DNA of 64,000 bases, taken from contig CAYPEJ010000014.1 in the NCBI GenBank assembly GCA_964409685.1, positions 16,444 through 80,443 of the forward strand. Direction: 5' to 3'. Positions 50,364-61,573 of this stretch are shown piece after piece. The notes beneath the pieces are model-generated. The model was not told where the DNA came from. It ran no database searches and saw nothing but the letters and a program-made list of their open reading frames with translations. Numbering within the stretch: position 1 is the first letter of the stretch; each line of letters starts with the position of its first letter. The position numbers and the translations under genes are program-made. The stretch is from an uncultured Anaeromicropila sp. (lineage in GTDB: Bacteria; Bacillota; Clostridia; Lachnospirales; Lachnospiraceae).

Positions 50364-53018
50364 ATGGCTAAAAAGAAGACAGCAGAAGTAAACGTTCAAG
50401 AAGCAAACTTAGAAATCAATTCAACTACAGGTTTAGTAGATAGCGTAGAAGCATTACAAACAAAGATGGAGCAAGTAAGAGAAGCTCAAAGAATTTTTGC
50501 AACATTTTCACAAGAAAAAGTAGATGAAATCTTCAAAGCAGCAGCATTAGAAGCAAACAAAAGAAGAATCTACCTTGCAAAAATGGCAGCAGAAGAAACT
50601 GGAATGGGTATCGTAGAAGACAAAGTAATCAAAAATCACTTTGCATCTGAATACATTTACAACGCTTACAAAGATACAAAAACTTGTGGTGTATTAGAAG
50701 AAGACAAATCTTTTGGTGTAACAAAGATTGCAGAACCAATTGGCTTAGTAGCAGCAGTTATTCCTACAACAAATCCAACATCTACAGCAATCTTCAAAGC
50801 TTTACTTGCACTAAAAACACGTAACGCTATTATTTTTAGTCCACATCCTCGTGCAAAGAAATCTACAATTGAAGCAGCTAAAATCATTTTAGAAGCAGCA
50901 GTTGCGGCAGGTGCACCAGAAAATATCATCGGATGGATCGATGTTCCTTCCTTAGAATTAACAAATGAAATCATGAAGAGTGCAGATATCATCTTAGCAA
51001 CAGGTGGTCCTGGAATGGTTAAGGCTGCGTACTCATCAGGAAAACCAGCCCTAGGCGTAGGCCCAGGTAACACACCAGCAATTATTGATGAATCCGCTGA
51101 TATTTTATTAGCAGTAAACTCTATCATTCACTCCAAAACATTTGATAATGGTATGATTTGTGCATCTGAACAATCTGTAATCGTACATGAAAGCATCTAC
51201 GATGCAGTAAAAGCTGAATTTGCAGCAAGAGGATGTCATATCTGTACACCTCAAGAAGCAGATTTATTAAGAAAAGTTATCTTAATCGATGGCGCGTTAA
51301 ATGCAAAAATCGTTGGTCAAAGACCAGTAACAATTGCAAAATTAGCAGGTTTCGAAGTACCTGAAGATACAAAAGTATTAATCGGAGAAGCAGAAAGCGT
51401 AGAACTTTCAGAAGCATTTGCACATGAAAAATTATCTCCTGTCTTAGCAATGTATAAAGGTACAAGCTTTGAAGACCAGATTGCAAAAGCAAAACAATTA
51501 GTACAAGATGGTGGATACGGGCATACATCCGCATTATATATTAACTTAGGAACAGGTCAAGAAAGAATTCGTATCTTTGAACAAGAAATGAAAACATGTC
51601 GTATCCTAATCAACACTCCATCTGCACAAGGTGGTATTGGTGATGTTTACAACTTCGCATTAGCACCATCCCTAACATTAGGTTGTGGTTCTTGGGGAGG
51701 TAACTCCGTTTCTGAAAACGTAGGTGTTAAGCACTTAATCAACATCAAGACAGTAGCTGAGAGGAGAGAAAATATGCTTTGGTTTCGAGCACCAGAAAAA
51801 GTGTACTTCAAGAAAGGTTGCTTACCAGTTGCACTTGCAGAATTAAAAGATGTATTAAATAAGAAGAAAGTATTCATTGTAACAGATGAATTTTTATATA
51901 AAAATGGTTACACAAAAACAGTAACAGACCAATTAGATTGTATGGGAATCCAACACACTACATTTTATAATGTAGCGCCAGACCCAACACTTGCATGCGC
52001 TATGGAAGGTGCACAAGCAATGAGAAACTTCGAACCAGATACAATCATTGCTATCGGTGGTGGTTCTGCAATGGATGCTGGTAAAATCATGTGGGTAATG
52101 TATGAACATCCAGAAGTTGACTTTATGGATATGGCAATGCGTTTCATGGATATTAGAAAACGTGTTTACACATTCCCTAAAATGGGTGAAAAAGCATACT
52201 TTATTGCTATCCCAACATCATCTGGTACAGGTTCCGAAGTAACACCATTTGCTGTAATTACAGATGAAAAATCAGGGGTAAAATATCCATTAGCAGACTA
52301 TGAATTACTACCTAAGATGGCAATCGTAGATGCAGATATGATGATGAGCCAACCAAAAGGCTTAACAAGTGCATCTGGTATTGACGCGTTAACACATGCT
52401 TTAGAAGCATACGCTTCTATTATGGCAACTGATTACACAGATGGTTTAGCATTAAAAGCAATGAAAAATATCTTTGCATATTTACCAAGTGCTTATGAAA
52501 ATGGCGCAAATGATCCAATTGCCAGAGAGAAAATGGCAGATGCTTCTACATTAGCAGGTATGGCATTTGCAAATGCATTTTTAGGTGTATGTCACTCTAT
52601 GGCACATAAATTAGGAGCATTCCACCACTTACCACACGGTGTTGCAAATGCATTATTAATCACAGAAGTTATGAGATTTAACTCTTCCGCAGTTCCAACT
52701 AAAATGGGTACATTTTCACAATACCAATACCCACGTTGTATGGACAGATACATTGAATGTGCAAACTTCTTAGGCATTCAAGGAAAAGACGAAGATGAAA
52801 AATTCGAAAACTTCTTAGTAGCAATCGAAGACTTAAAAGAAAAAGTTGGAATTAAGAAAACAATCGCAGAATATGGCGTAAATGAAGAGCATTTCTTGGA
52901 AACATTAGATGAAATGGTTGAGCAAGCATTTGACGATCAATGTACAGGTGCAAATCCAAGATATCCATTAATGAAAGAAATCAAAGAAATGTATTTAAAA
53001 GCTTATTATGGGAAATAA
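50364..53018 (+). CDS. adhE: Bifunctional acetaldehyde-CoA/alcohol dehydrogenase
   Basis: TFDNGMICASEQ, GCGSWGGNS linker, GGGSAMD, CHSMAHKLG. Confidence 0.97.
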   Translation: MAKKKTAEVNVQEANLEINSTTGLVDSVEALQTKMEQVREAQRIFATFSQEKVDEIFKAAALEANKRRIYLAKMAAEETGMGIVEDKVIKNHFASEYIYNAYKDTKTCGVLEEDKSFGVTKIAEPIGLVAAVIPTTNPTSTAIFKALLALKTRNAIIFSPHPRAKKSTIEAAKIILEAAVAAGAPENIIGWIDVPSLELTNEIMKSADIILATGGPGMVKAAYSSGKPALGVGPGNTPAIIDESADILLAVNSIIHSKTFDNGMICASEQSVIVHESIYDAVKAEFAARGCHICTPQEADLLRKVILIDGALNAKIVGQRPVTIAKLAGFEVPEDTKVLIGEAESVELSEAFAHEKLSPVLAMYKGTSFEDQIAKAKQLVQDGGYGHTSALYINLGTGQERIRIFEQEMKTCRILINTPSAQGGIGDVYNFALAPSLTLGCGSWGGNSVSENVGVKHLINIKTVAERRENMLWFRAPEKVYFKKGCLPVALAELKDVLNKKKVFIVTDEFLYKNGYTKTVTDQLDCMGIQHTTFYNVAPDPTLACAMEGAQAMRNFEPDTIIAIGGGSAMDAGKIMWVMYEHPEVDFMDMAMRFMDIRKRVYTFPKMGEKAYFIAIPTSSGTGSEVTPFAVITDEKSGVKYPLADYELLPKMAIVDADMMMSQPKGLTSASGIDALTHALEAYASIMATDYTDGLALKAMKNIFAYLPSAYENGANDPIAREKMADASTLAGMAFANAFLGVCHSMAHKLGAFHHLPHGVANALLITEVMRFNSSAVPTKMGTFSQYQYPRCMDRYIECANFLGIQGKDEDEKFENFLVAIEDLKEKVGIKKTIAEYGVNEEHFLETLDEMVEQAFDDQCTGANPRYPLMKEIKEMYLKAYYGK

Positions 53019-53157
53019 GTATTTGAAATTTAGAGTGTACAAGGAAATAGATAATTAGGGATGCTTTCCTCTTGAAATTGTTTTCTATTGGTTTCAAGAG
53101 GAAGGTATTTTATATGGGATAATGTGTGGTTGGTGTTCACATTAGATGACATATACA

Positions 53158-53736
53158 TTAATTCTTTTCAACATTTTCGTTTGATGTAGCAGTTTTAAGT
53201 TTTGTTTTGCTAAATTCCATCCATTCGTAAGCTTTCGATTCTAATTCTTTATAGTTAAGACATCTGTTAGCAAGTTTGGAATTGGGTGCATTTACTTTAT
53301 TTGCATATATATGCTTGGCTGGTTCAGAAAGCTGCTTTTTATTAATTTCAGAAAGTTCTTTTTTCAATAAGTATATGTATTTACTTCGTTGATTTTCGTC
53401 CTTAAAGGTTCTCAATTTATCAACAATACTGTAATTTGTAACATAGGTTATTTCATCTTTGGGAACAGGAAACATATAATTCAAATTAACCACAGACATT
53501 AATCGAGTGGGTTTCTTGGGGTCATATAACTTGTAAAAGTCAATATTTTCAGGTAAGTTTTTAAGTCTGGGTTTGTTGGGACTTGAAACCTGAGTAACAT
53601 AAGCAAAATCATCGGTTTCAAATAGGATACCAAAAAAAGGTTTGTATTTATCAGTACCGTAGTCAGTTCGAGGTATTCTTTTTTCAAACGATCTAAGAAA
53701 ATCTAAATATTGCTCATTGAGAATAATCCACTTCAT
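53158..53736 (-). CDS. toxN: Type III toxin, ToxN/AbiQ family
   Basis: YLDFLR..EKRIP..KPFFGIL..YVTQVSS..NLNYMFPVP; repeat array upstream. Confidence 0.9.
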   Translation of the reverse strand: MKWIILNEQYLDFLRSFEKRIPRTDYGTDKYKPFFGILFETDDFAYVTQVSSPNKPRLKNLPENIDFYKLYDPKKPTRLMSVVNLNYMFPVPKDEITYVTNYSIVDKLRTFKDENQRSKYIYLLKKELSEINKKQLSEPAKHIYANKVNAPNSKLANRCLNYKELESKAYEWMEFSKTKLKTATSNENVEKN

Positions 53737-53769
53737 TTTTTCGTCCTTTCTTTTTATCTCTGTAAACAA

Positions 53770-53798
53770 AATAACCTTATTCATACGAATAAGGTTAT
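53770..53798 (-). terminator. Terminator between antitoxin repeats and toxin
   Basis: ATAACCTTATTC-GTAT-GAATAAGGTTAT plus TTTGTTT on the minus strand. Confidence 0.85.
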
Positions 53799-53804
53799 CA
53801 ACTA

Positions 53805-53906
53805 ATTAACACGATTTTTTAAATGCTTCGTAACATCTATTAACACGATTTTTTAAATGCTTCGTAACATCTATTAACACGATTTTTTAAATGCTTCGTA
53901 ACATCT
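53805..53906 (-). ncRNA. toxI: ToxI-like antitoxin array, three identical 34-nt repeats
   Basis: Unit AGATGTTACGAAGCATTTAAAAAATCGTGTTAAT; promoter TTGACG(53945-40)-17 bp-TACTAT. Confidence 0.9.
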
Positions 53907-54286
53907 TTATATTCAGATAGTATCATGAAATGGTTAGAGCGTCAAGATGTTTTTATTGCTGTGTTGTTTTTCTCTTACTAGAATAAGCAATCGCTCTAGT
54001 ATATTATATGCTAAATTGTAATTTTGGATACTGCTTGAGAGTAGGATTTTTCTTTGAACGAAATCTACAAACTTTGAATATGTAGCTGCATAGTAAGTTT
54101 GATATAATGGGAAAATAAGTAGTCAGAAATACAATATAAATCAAAGAAAATTAATATATTTTTCCATTGGTAACCCATGTTAGAATAAAGAAAAGATACA
54201 AAAAAAATGAGAAAAAAGTATTTTTTTTGTTCATAGTAAACAAAAAGACAATGAAACACTTTTCTTAATACGGGGAGGTATTTTTA

Positions 54287-56674
54287 ATGAAGAGAAATTT
54301 TAAAAGACATGTTGCAAAGCGTTTTCAAGCAATCATTTTAACAGCCGCTTTATCCGTAGGTATTTTAGACTGCGCAGGAATGGGAACGTTTTCAGTAACA
54401 GAACCAACAACAGTAAAAGCAGCCACAAACTATGGTTTACAAGACGATGTACAAGACGGAGTAATCTTACATTGCTGGAACTGGTCATACAATAATATAA
54501 AAGAAAATATGGCTACCATCGCAGCATCTGGATATTCCGCAGTGCAAACATCACCAGTAACACAACCAAAAGATTACGCATATGAGGGTGTAACAGAATC
54601 TAATGTTGGTATTCCAGATGGTTGTGGTGGAAGTGAAGGTCAATGGTGGAAATTATATCAACCAGTATCTCAAAACATCTGTGACAATGGACAATCTTGG
54701 TTAGGAACAAAAGATGAGTTCGAAGAAATGTGTGCAGAAGCTGAAAAATACGGTGTAAAAGTTATCGTTGATATTGTGGCAAACCATATGGCAAATATTA
54801 AAGGATGGCAAAATTCACTAAGTGACGTATCCGAACAAGTTGGATTATATTGTAATCCAGATATGTTAACCGATGCAGACTATTGGCATATCAATACCGT
54901 ACAATGTTGGTACAGTGATGGTCGTTATGATATCACACAAGGTTCTATCGGTATGCCAGACTTAAACACAGCAGACAAACGAGTTCAAAACATGATTTTA
55001 AATCTTTTAAAAGAATGTGTAGACGCAGGTGCTGATGGATTCCGTTTTGACGCTGCAAAACATATTGAAACTCCAGACGATGATTCTGCATTTGCAAGTG
55101 ATTTCTGGCCAACAGTAATCAATGGAATTCGCAACTATGCAGATCACGATTTGTACATATACGGTGAAATTTTAAATACAGTAGGTGACGATTTCGATAT
55201 CGGCAACTATACAAAATACATGTCTGTAACAGATAATGGTACAGGCGACCACATCCTAAGTGATGTTCGTTATGGAAATGCATCTAGTGCTTCCGCAGGT
55301 AGCACACGCTATGAAAAAACAAAAACAGTACTTTGGGCAGAATCCCACGATACATATATGGGTGGACCTTCTTACTTAACTACAGATAAAATGGTAAAAC
55401 AAGCATGGGCTGTAGTGGCAGCAAAGAAAGATTCCACAGCATTATATTTTGCAAGACCATACTACTCGGAGCAAATCTTATTAGATGACAATGGAAATAA
55501 AGTTCCAAAATCAGAAGTAGAACCAACTCTTATGGGTGAAGTAGGAACTATGACATGGAGCGATCCAGAAGTAGCAGCAGTAAACAACTTCCACAACTAT
55601 TTTGTAGGACAAGATGAATCTGTATCCAGCAGTGGAAGCGTAATCTATACAGAACGAGGTAACTCAGGTGTTGTTATTTCTAACTTAAGTGGTGCAGGAT
55701 ATGTTGAAATTCCAGCATACAGAATGGCAAGTGGAACATATACAGACAAAGTTTCTGGTAATACATTTACAGTGTCCAATGGTACTATTAAAGGAACTAT
55801 TGGTAGTTCAGATGGTATCGCTGTTGTATACAATGGCGGAATTGGTGGAACTGTAGTAACAAAGAATCCTACAATTACAGTTTCTCAAGAAGGTGGCAAT
55901 TTCTACGGAGATTCCTTAACAGTATCTATTTCCTTAAAGAATGCAACTTCTGGCACTTACCAAATTAACAACGGTAGTGCAGTATCATTTGGAAACTCTG
56001 CATCTGTTACACTTGGTGCTGACGTAGATTATGGAACAAGCATCACATTAAAAGTAACAGCAAAAGGGGATACAACAAAGACCGCAACTTATACATTTAC
56101 AAAGACAAAACAAGATACTTCTAACTTGATTTACTGCAAAAATACAGCAGGATGGTCTAACGTATACTGCTATATGTGGAATTCAAGCAGTGATACAAAT
56201 GCTTCTTGGCCAGGTGTAAAAATGACAAGCCTTGGAGATAATGTTTGGTCTTATGCAATGACAAGTTCTTATAAAAATGTTATCTTCAACAACGGTTCAG
56301 GAACACAAACAGCTGATTTATCAGCACCAGGTTCTGGGTATATTTACGATAACAATACAAGTTCATGGACTACTTATGGAAATTCTGGTGGAACAGAAGA
56401 CCCACAACCAGAAACATACAAAGTATACTGCAAGAACCAAGCAGGTTGGTCAAACGTATACTGCTACATGTGGAATTCCACAAGCGATACAATCGGTGCA
56501 TGGCCAGGAGTTCAGATGACATATGAAGGTAACAATGTATGGTCATTAGAACTATCCACAGAGTATGCAAATGTAATCTTTACAAATGGTTCTGGCACAC
56601 AAACAGCTGACTTATCATTCCCAGGTGAAGCCTATATTTATAACAATAGTACTTGTAGTTGGGAAACAAAATAG
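54287..56674 (+). CDS. Secreted GH13 alpha-amylase with two CBM26-like modules
   Basis: Signal peptide; DIVANH, GFRFDAAKH, YGE, WAESHD; two YCYMWN..WPGV..NVIF repeats. Confidence 0.92.
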   Translation: MKRNFKRHVAKRFQAIILTAALSVGILDCAGMGTFSVTEPTTVKAATNYGLQDDVQDGVILHCWNWSYNNIKENMATIAASGYSAVQTSPVTQPKDYAYEGVTESNVGIPDGCGGSEGQWWKLYQPVSQNICDNGQSWLGTKDEFEEMCAEAEKYGVKVIVDIVANHMANIKGWQNSLSDVSEQVGLYCNPDMLTDADYWHINTVQCWYSDGRYDITQGSIGMPDLNTADKRVQNMILNLLKECVDAGADGFRFDAAKHIETPDDDSAFASDFWPTVINGIRNYADHDLYIYGEILNTVGDDFDIGNYTKYMSVTDNGTGDHILSDVRYGNASSASAGSTRYEKTKTVLWAESHDTYMGGPSYLTTDKMVKQAWAVVAAKKDSTALYFARPYYSEQILLDDNGNKVPKSEVEPTLMGEVGTMTWSDPEVAAVNNFHNYFVGQDESVSSSGSVIYTERGNSGVVISNLSGAGYVEIPAYRMASGTYTDKVSGNTFTVSNGTIKGTIGSSDGIAVVYNGGIGGTVVTKNPTITVSQEGGNFYGDSLTVSISLKNATSGTYQINNGSAVSFGNSASVTLGADVDYGTSITLKVTAKGDTTKTATYTFTKTKQDTSNLIYCKNTAGWSNVYCYMWNSSSDTNASWPGVKMTSLGDNVWSYAMTSSYKNVIFNNGSGTQTADLSAPGSGYIYDNNTSSWTTYGNSGGTEDPQPETYKVYCKNQAGWSNVYCYMWNSTSDTIGAWPGVQMTYEGNNVWSLELSTEYANVIFTNGSGTQTADLSFPGEAYIYNNSTCSWETK

Positions 56675-56822
56675 TGAAAAATAATAAAATAGGAAACAGC
56701 AGTTGGATGAGCAACTGCTGTTTTTCCGATCATGTAATATTCCGACACATCACAATCAAATAATATTAAAAACCTTTTACTATATGGTAAAATAGTAGCA
56801 AAAGATAAAGGAGGATAAATAC

Positions 56823-58016
56823 ATGAAGAAACAAACAAGAAAATTTATTGCAATATTAACTTGCTTTGCCGTGATGCTTTGTATGGTACTTCAAGGTCCA
56901 TTTTCCACTGAAGTGATATCCGCAGCATCACAAACTGTAAAAATTATGCCATTAGGTGATTCTATTACAGACGGTGATTTTTGGCGTACAACTCTAACTA
57001 ATAAATTAGCTGATAATGGATATGATGTAACATTTGTTGGTTCTAATGGAAACAATGAAGGTCACTGGGGTATGAGAGTATGTGACCTTGCAGCAGCTGG
57101 TAGTTTAGTAGGATGGTTAGATGCCGTAGATCCAGAAATCGTTATGATGCATTTTGGAACAAATGATACATTTGATGATGACAAGACAACTGCTGATGTT
57201 ATGGCAGCTTACACAACTCTTATTAACCAAATGAGAGATAACAATCCAAACATGATTATTCTTGTAGCAAAGATTATCCCATTAGCTTCTTATCATACAC
57301 TATACAATGAACGTGTAGATGCAATTAATGCTGCGATTGATGGATGGGCAAGTGAAATGACAACAGAACAGTCTCCTATTACAATCGTAGATCAACATAC
57401 AGGATTTACAGATGCTGATATCGGGGATGGAGTACATCCAAGCGCATCTGGTGGATTAAAGATGGCAGAAAAATGGTATGAGGCGCTAAGTGTAATCTTA
57501 GATAATATGCAAGAAAATCCAGAAATAAGTGAAGAGCCAATCGTAAGCGAAGACCCAGTGGTAAGCGAAGAGCCAATCGTAAGCGAAGACCCAGTGGTAA
57601 GTGAAGAGCCAATCGTAAGTGAAGACCCAGAAGTAAGTGAAACACCAATCGTAAGTGAAGACCCAGTGGTAAGTGAAGATCCGATCGTAAGCGAAGAACC
57701 AGAAGTAACAGAAGATCCAATCGTTGAAGGCGACTTACAACTTATTACCGAAACAAATGCATGGTCTGGCGGCTACACAATGAATGTAACCATTAAAAAT
57801 GCTTCAAACAGCACAATTAATGGATGGCAATTAGTATTAGACAAATCTGAATTTACCATCACAAATATCTGGTGTGCAGAAATGACAGAAACAAATGATA
57901 CATACATCATCACTCCAATGTCTTGGAATGCTGATCTAGCAGCAGGTTCCTCTGCAAGCTTTGGTTTTCAAGCAACAGGAGAAGTACCAACAGACTTTTC
58001 ATATGAATTAAACTAG
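56823..58016 (+). CDS. Secreted SGNH esterase (CE3-like) with acidic linker and CBM2
   Basis: GDSIT, GTND, DGVHP; WSGGY..W..WCA..SFGF. Confidence 0.88.
   Translation: MKKQTRKFIAILTCFAVMLCMVLQGPFSTEVISAASQTVKIMPLGDSITDGDFWRTTLTNKLADNGYDVTFVGSNGNNEGHWGMRVCDLAAAGSLVGWLDAVDPEIVMMHFGTNDTFDDDKTTADVMAAYTTLINQMRDNNPNMIILVAKIIPLASYHTLYNERVDAINAAIDGWASEMTTEQSPITIVDQHTGFTDADIGDGVHPSASGGLKMAEKWYEALSVILDNMQENPEISEEPIVSEDPVVSEEPIVSEDPVVSEEPIVSEDPEVSETPIVSEDPVVSEDPIVSEEPEVTEDPIVEGDLQLITETNAWSGGYTMNVTIKNASNSTINGWQLVLDKSEFTITNIWCAEMTETNDTYIITPMSWNADLAAGSSASFGFQATGEVPTDFSYELN
57522..57726 (+). repeat. 18-bp coding tandem repeat (SE[E/D]P[I/V]V linker), about 11 units
   Basis: GTAAG(C/T)GAAGA.CCA units read directly. 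Confidence 0.9.
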
Positions 58017-58113
58017 TTCATCAAGCAAAAACTTGTAAAAGTTTGAAATTTTGCACCAAACAGTATATAATCTCTTAAGACTAGAAAGAAAATATACAAC
58101 TGGGGGTCTTAAG

Positions 58114-59304
58114 ATGAAGACATATGCTTTCCATTTAAAAAATATAGCAGCGCTCATCATGTTTTGTTCCTTGATAGCGCTGCTTTTTCCATTTTTAGAG
58201 ATAGCAACTGATAGCAAAAGTACTCAGGTATCAGGATATGAAATCGTTAAAATGGGTGCCGAAGCAGGTTATGAGTACGTAAATCAAGGAGAATTACGTG
58301 AGGACTATGTTATAACAGGAGAACTCACTTGGGGAGAGGTAAAAAACACAATTACCTCCATATTACAAATTGAAAATGTACATCGAAATCCACAATTTCA
58401 AAAAATAATGTGGATCTTCTTTCTTGCAATATTGCCAGTCCTGCTTTGTATTATTGCAGTTCCAACAACAATCTTTGCAAGAGGAAAATTATCTATGATT
58501 CTGCCAACACTATGTATCATGCTGGCTTTCGTAGAAAATGTAATTATAATAATACTATTTCATAAAGTACAAGATGCTCTATTCTTTGGGCAATCAAGTG
58601 AAATGATTCATGTGTTATTATTGGAAGGATTTCATTTATTTACCACACTATGTGGAATTTCCTTTGCGATAATTGCATTTTTGTGGATAAGCAGAGGCTT
58701 TTGTCCACCAGTGCAAGACAATAGTAAAGATAAAAATAATGACATTTCCAAGTCAAAAGGGAAATCCAAAGATACATCAAAACGTAATTTAAAAGACAAG
58801 AAAGAGAAATCCAAAAAGACAAAAAAAGAGAAGCCAGCCAAGAAAAAGAAACGTCGTAGTAAACGAGGAAGCCAAAAGAAAGCAAAAAGGGAACGTTACA
58901 CTAGGGAACGTATCAAAAAAGAAGAACAAGAGGAAGAATCCTTAATCAATAATAAGAAGCCAAAAGCAATCGGTGGTCCAACAGGAAAGATTAAAGGTTT
59001 ATCTGGAATGTACCAAGATATCGTCATAGATATCACGAAAAGTTTAGACTATCAAGTGATTTTAGGAACTACACCAGAGACTGCACATTTTGTTGAAAAT
59101 AGCAAACTAGAAGGTCATAGCCTAAAAATTCAATACAATATGGAAAATCAAAAATATCGAATTCAAAGTAATTCTAATCATCACATCTTAATCAAATACA
59201 AAGATGGCTCGCAAGAATTACTTAAAAATAAAGAAATTAAAATCATTGATAAAAAAGTAATTATATATGTAGAAACAGTGGAGCATGCAATCCATCTCCG
59301 CTAA
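58114..59304 (+). CDS. Hypothetical membrane protein with Lys-rich linker
   Basis: Four hydrophobic segments, highly basic stretch, beta-rich C-terminus. Confidence 0.7.
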   Translation: MKTYAFHLKNIAALIMFCSLIALLFPFLEIATDSKSTQVSGYEIVKMGAEAGYEYVNQGELREDYVITGELTWGEVKNTITSILQIENVHRNPQFQKIMWIFFLAILPVLLCIIAVPTTIFARGKLSMILPTLCIMLAFVENVIIIILFHKVQDALFFGQSSEMIHVLLLEGFHLFTTLCGISFAIIAFLWISRGFCPPVQDNSKDKNNDISKSKGKSKDTSKRNLKDKKEKSKKTKKEKPAKKKKRRSKRGSQKKAKRERYTRERIKKEEQEEESLINNKKPKAIGGPTGKIKGLSGMYQDIVIDITKSLDYQVILGTTPETAHFVENSKLEGHSLKIQYNMENQKYRIQSNSNHHILIKYKDGSQELLKNKEIKIIDKKVIIYVETVEHAIHLR

Positions 59305-59429
59305 CAAACAAGGATAACTTTATTTCAGATAAAAGTTATCCTTGCGTATTTTCTAATTTAAAGTCATAATAGTAAAAGTGGAAAAATAAGATAATATTTT
59401 AGTAGATGTTGAAAAGGGAGGATGAAAAC

Positions 59430-60263
59430 ATGGATTTAGGCTTTTTAGAGATTCTAAAAGTCATTATTCTGGGAATTGTCGAGGGCGTGACAGAATGGCT
59501 GCCAATCAGCAGCACAGGACATATGTTACTAGTAGATGAATTTATTTCGCTAAATATGAGTGAAGAATTTAAGGAAATGTTTTTCTATGTCATTCAATTA
59601 GGGGCAATCCTAGCGGTTGTTATCTTGTTTTGGAATAAGATGTTTCCATTTCAATTTAAAGATAAGAATCAGCCAGTTATTAAGAAAGAAACATTTTCTT
59701 TATGGTTTAAAGTTGTAGTTGCCTGTATTCCAGGTGCCGTAGTAACTCTACTATTCGATGATTATGTAGAAGCACATTTTCAAACACCGATTGTGATTGC
59801 AATTGCGCTTATTTTCTATGGTGTTGCATTTATTGTGGTGGAAAGATGGAATAAAAAACGTATTCCAAAGATTAAGGAATTAACAGATATTACGTACCAG
59901 ACAGCCCTATATATTGGGTTATTTCAGGTATTATCCATTGTTCCAGGTACATCTAGATCAGGTGCAACTATTATTGGTGCATTGTTAATTGGTGTTTCCA
60001 GAGTAGCAGCCGCAGAATTTACATTTTTCTTAGCGGTACCAGTTATGATTGGAATGAGCTTTTTGAAAGTATTAAAATACGGTTTGGCATTTACAAGTTC
60101 TGAACTAATCGTACTTGTAATTGGTATGGGAGTTGCCTTTATCGTATCTGTTTTAGTAATCCGCTTCCTAATGTCATTTATTAAAAAACACGATTTCCAA
60201 GCATTTGGTTGGTACAGAATTATATTAGGAATCGTTGTATTAGGTTATTTTAGTTTTGTATGA
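59430..60263 (+). CDS. uppP: Undecaprenyl-diphosphate phosphatase
   Basis: EGVTEWLPISSTGH, PGTSRSGAT. Confidence 0.95.
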   Translation: MDLGFLEILKVIILGIVEGVTEWLPISSTGHMLLVDEFISLNMSEEFKEMFFYVIQLGAILAVVILFWNKMFPFQFKDKNQPVIKKETFSLWFKVVVACIPGAVVTLLFDDYVEAHFQTPIVIAIALIFYGVAFIVVERWNKKRIPKIKELTDITYQTALYIGLFQVLSIVPGTSRSGATIIGALLIGVSRVAAAEFTFFLAVPVMIGMSFLKVLKYGLAFTSSELIVLVIGMGVAFIVSVLVIRFLMSFIKKHDFQAFGWYRIILGIVVLGYFSFV

Positions 60264-60494
60264 AAGATTTAGAAGTGGGCTGTTCATGGAACATGAACAG
60301 CCCTGCTATTACATATCAGCTTTTTTGAAAGCAGTGCAAAAGAAAAGATTGTAAATGATTTTGTTTATCAAATAATTGGATATACAATTTAAGTAGAAAA
60401 TATATTTTTCTTATGTTATGATATAAAGAGTGATTTTTGTGGAGAAATTATATTAAGATATGACTTTGAAATTTAGTTAAGTGAGGTGACATTA

Positions 60495-61538
60495 ATGCCA
60501 TGTTACGCAGTTGATTTGTTTTGTGGAATTGGCGGTTTAACAAAGGGGTTGTCTTTAGCGGGAATTAATGTTGTGGCAGGATACGATATAGATGAAAGTT
60601 GTCGCTTCGCATATGAAATGAATAATAAAGCACGATTTATTAATGAGGATGTTACAAATATTAACTCTGAAGATATACAAAATTTATATCCTTCAAATGC
60701 TGTAAGAGCATTGGTTGGATGTGCACCATGTCAGCCATTTTCTAGATATTCTATAAGATATAGGAAGAATGGAAGAAAGGATGATAAATGGACATTACTG
60801 TATTCTTTTGAGAGATTAGTTAGAGAGTGTGAGCCAGAAATAGTATCAATGGAAAATGTACCAAGTCTTGTAGAGGAAGATGTATTTCGTGATTTTATTT
60901 CTATGCTAAATGAACATAATTATTATGTTAGCTGGAAAATAGTATATTGTCCAGAATATGGAGTGCCACAGAATCGAAAACGTTTGGTATTGCTTGCATC
61001 AAAATTGGGTGAGATTAGTCTAATTCCAGCTTTATATAGTAAGGAAAATTATCCAACTGTGCGTATGGCAATAGGAGGATTACCACCAATACAAGATGGG
61101 GAAACACATCAAGAGGATTTATTGCATAGATCTAGTAGGTTGTCAGAGGTTAATAGAAGAAGAATAGAACAATCTGTTCCTGGAGGAACATGGAGAGACT
61201 GGAATGAAGAACTGCGTTTAGACTGTCATAGAAAACAAACTGGAAAGACATATCCATCCGTATATGGACGGATGGAATGGGATAAGCCATCTCCTACTAT
61301 AACAACACAATTTTATGGATATGGAAACGGTAGATTTGGACATCCAGAACAGAATAGAGCAATTTCAATACGTGAGGGAGCAATACTCCAATCATTTCCA
61401 ATAGACTATTGCTTTGTGGATGAAAATCATCCATCAAATAAGCGGGAATTGGCGATACACATTGGAAATGCTGTCCCTGTAGAATTAGGACGTGCAATTG
61501 GTTTAACGATTCAGCAGCATTTAGAAGAACATCAATAA
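60495..61538 (+). CDS. C5-cytosine DNA methyltransferase
   Basis: DLFCGIGG, GCAPCQPFS, ENV, PQNRKR, GNAVP. Confidence 0.92.
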   Translation: MPCYAVDLFCGIGGLTKGLSLAGINVVAGYDIDESCRFAYEMNNKARFINEDVTNINSEDIQNLYPSNAVRALVGCAPCQPFSRYSIRYRKNGRKDDKWTLLYSFERLVRECEPEIVSMENVPSLVEEDVFRDFISMLNEHNYYVSWKIVYCPEYGVPQNRKRLVLLASKLGEISLIPALYSKENYPTVRMAIGGLPPIQDGETHQEDLLHRSSRLSEVNRRRIEQSVPGGTWRDWNEELRLDCHRKQTGKTYPSVYGRMEWDKPSPTITTQFYGYGNGRFGHPEQNRAISIREGAILQSFPIDYCFVDENHPSNKRELAIHIGNAVPVELGRAIGLTIQQHLEEHQ

Positions 61539-61573
61539 GAGTATTAATCAGCTGGAAGGGGAGTATAAAAAAG

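Noticed and set aside
53805-53906. CRISPR array
   Set aside because: Repeats are contiguous with no spacers and no cas genes; adjacent ToxN explains them
57522-57726. CRISPR-like or regulatory repeat
   Set aside because: In-frame 18-bp coding linker between the esterase and CBM2
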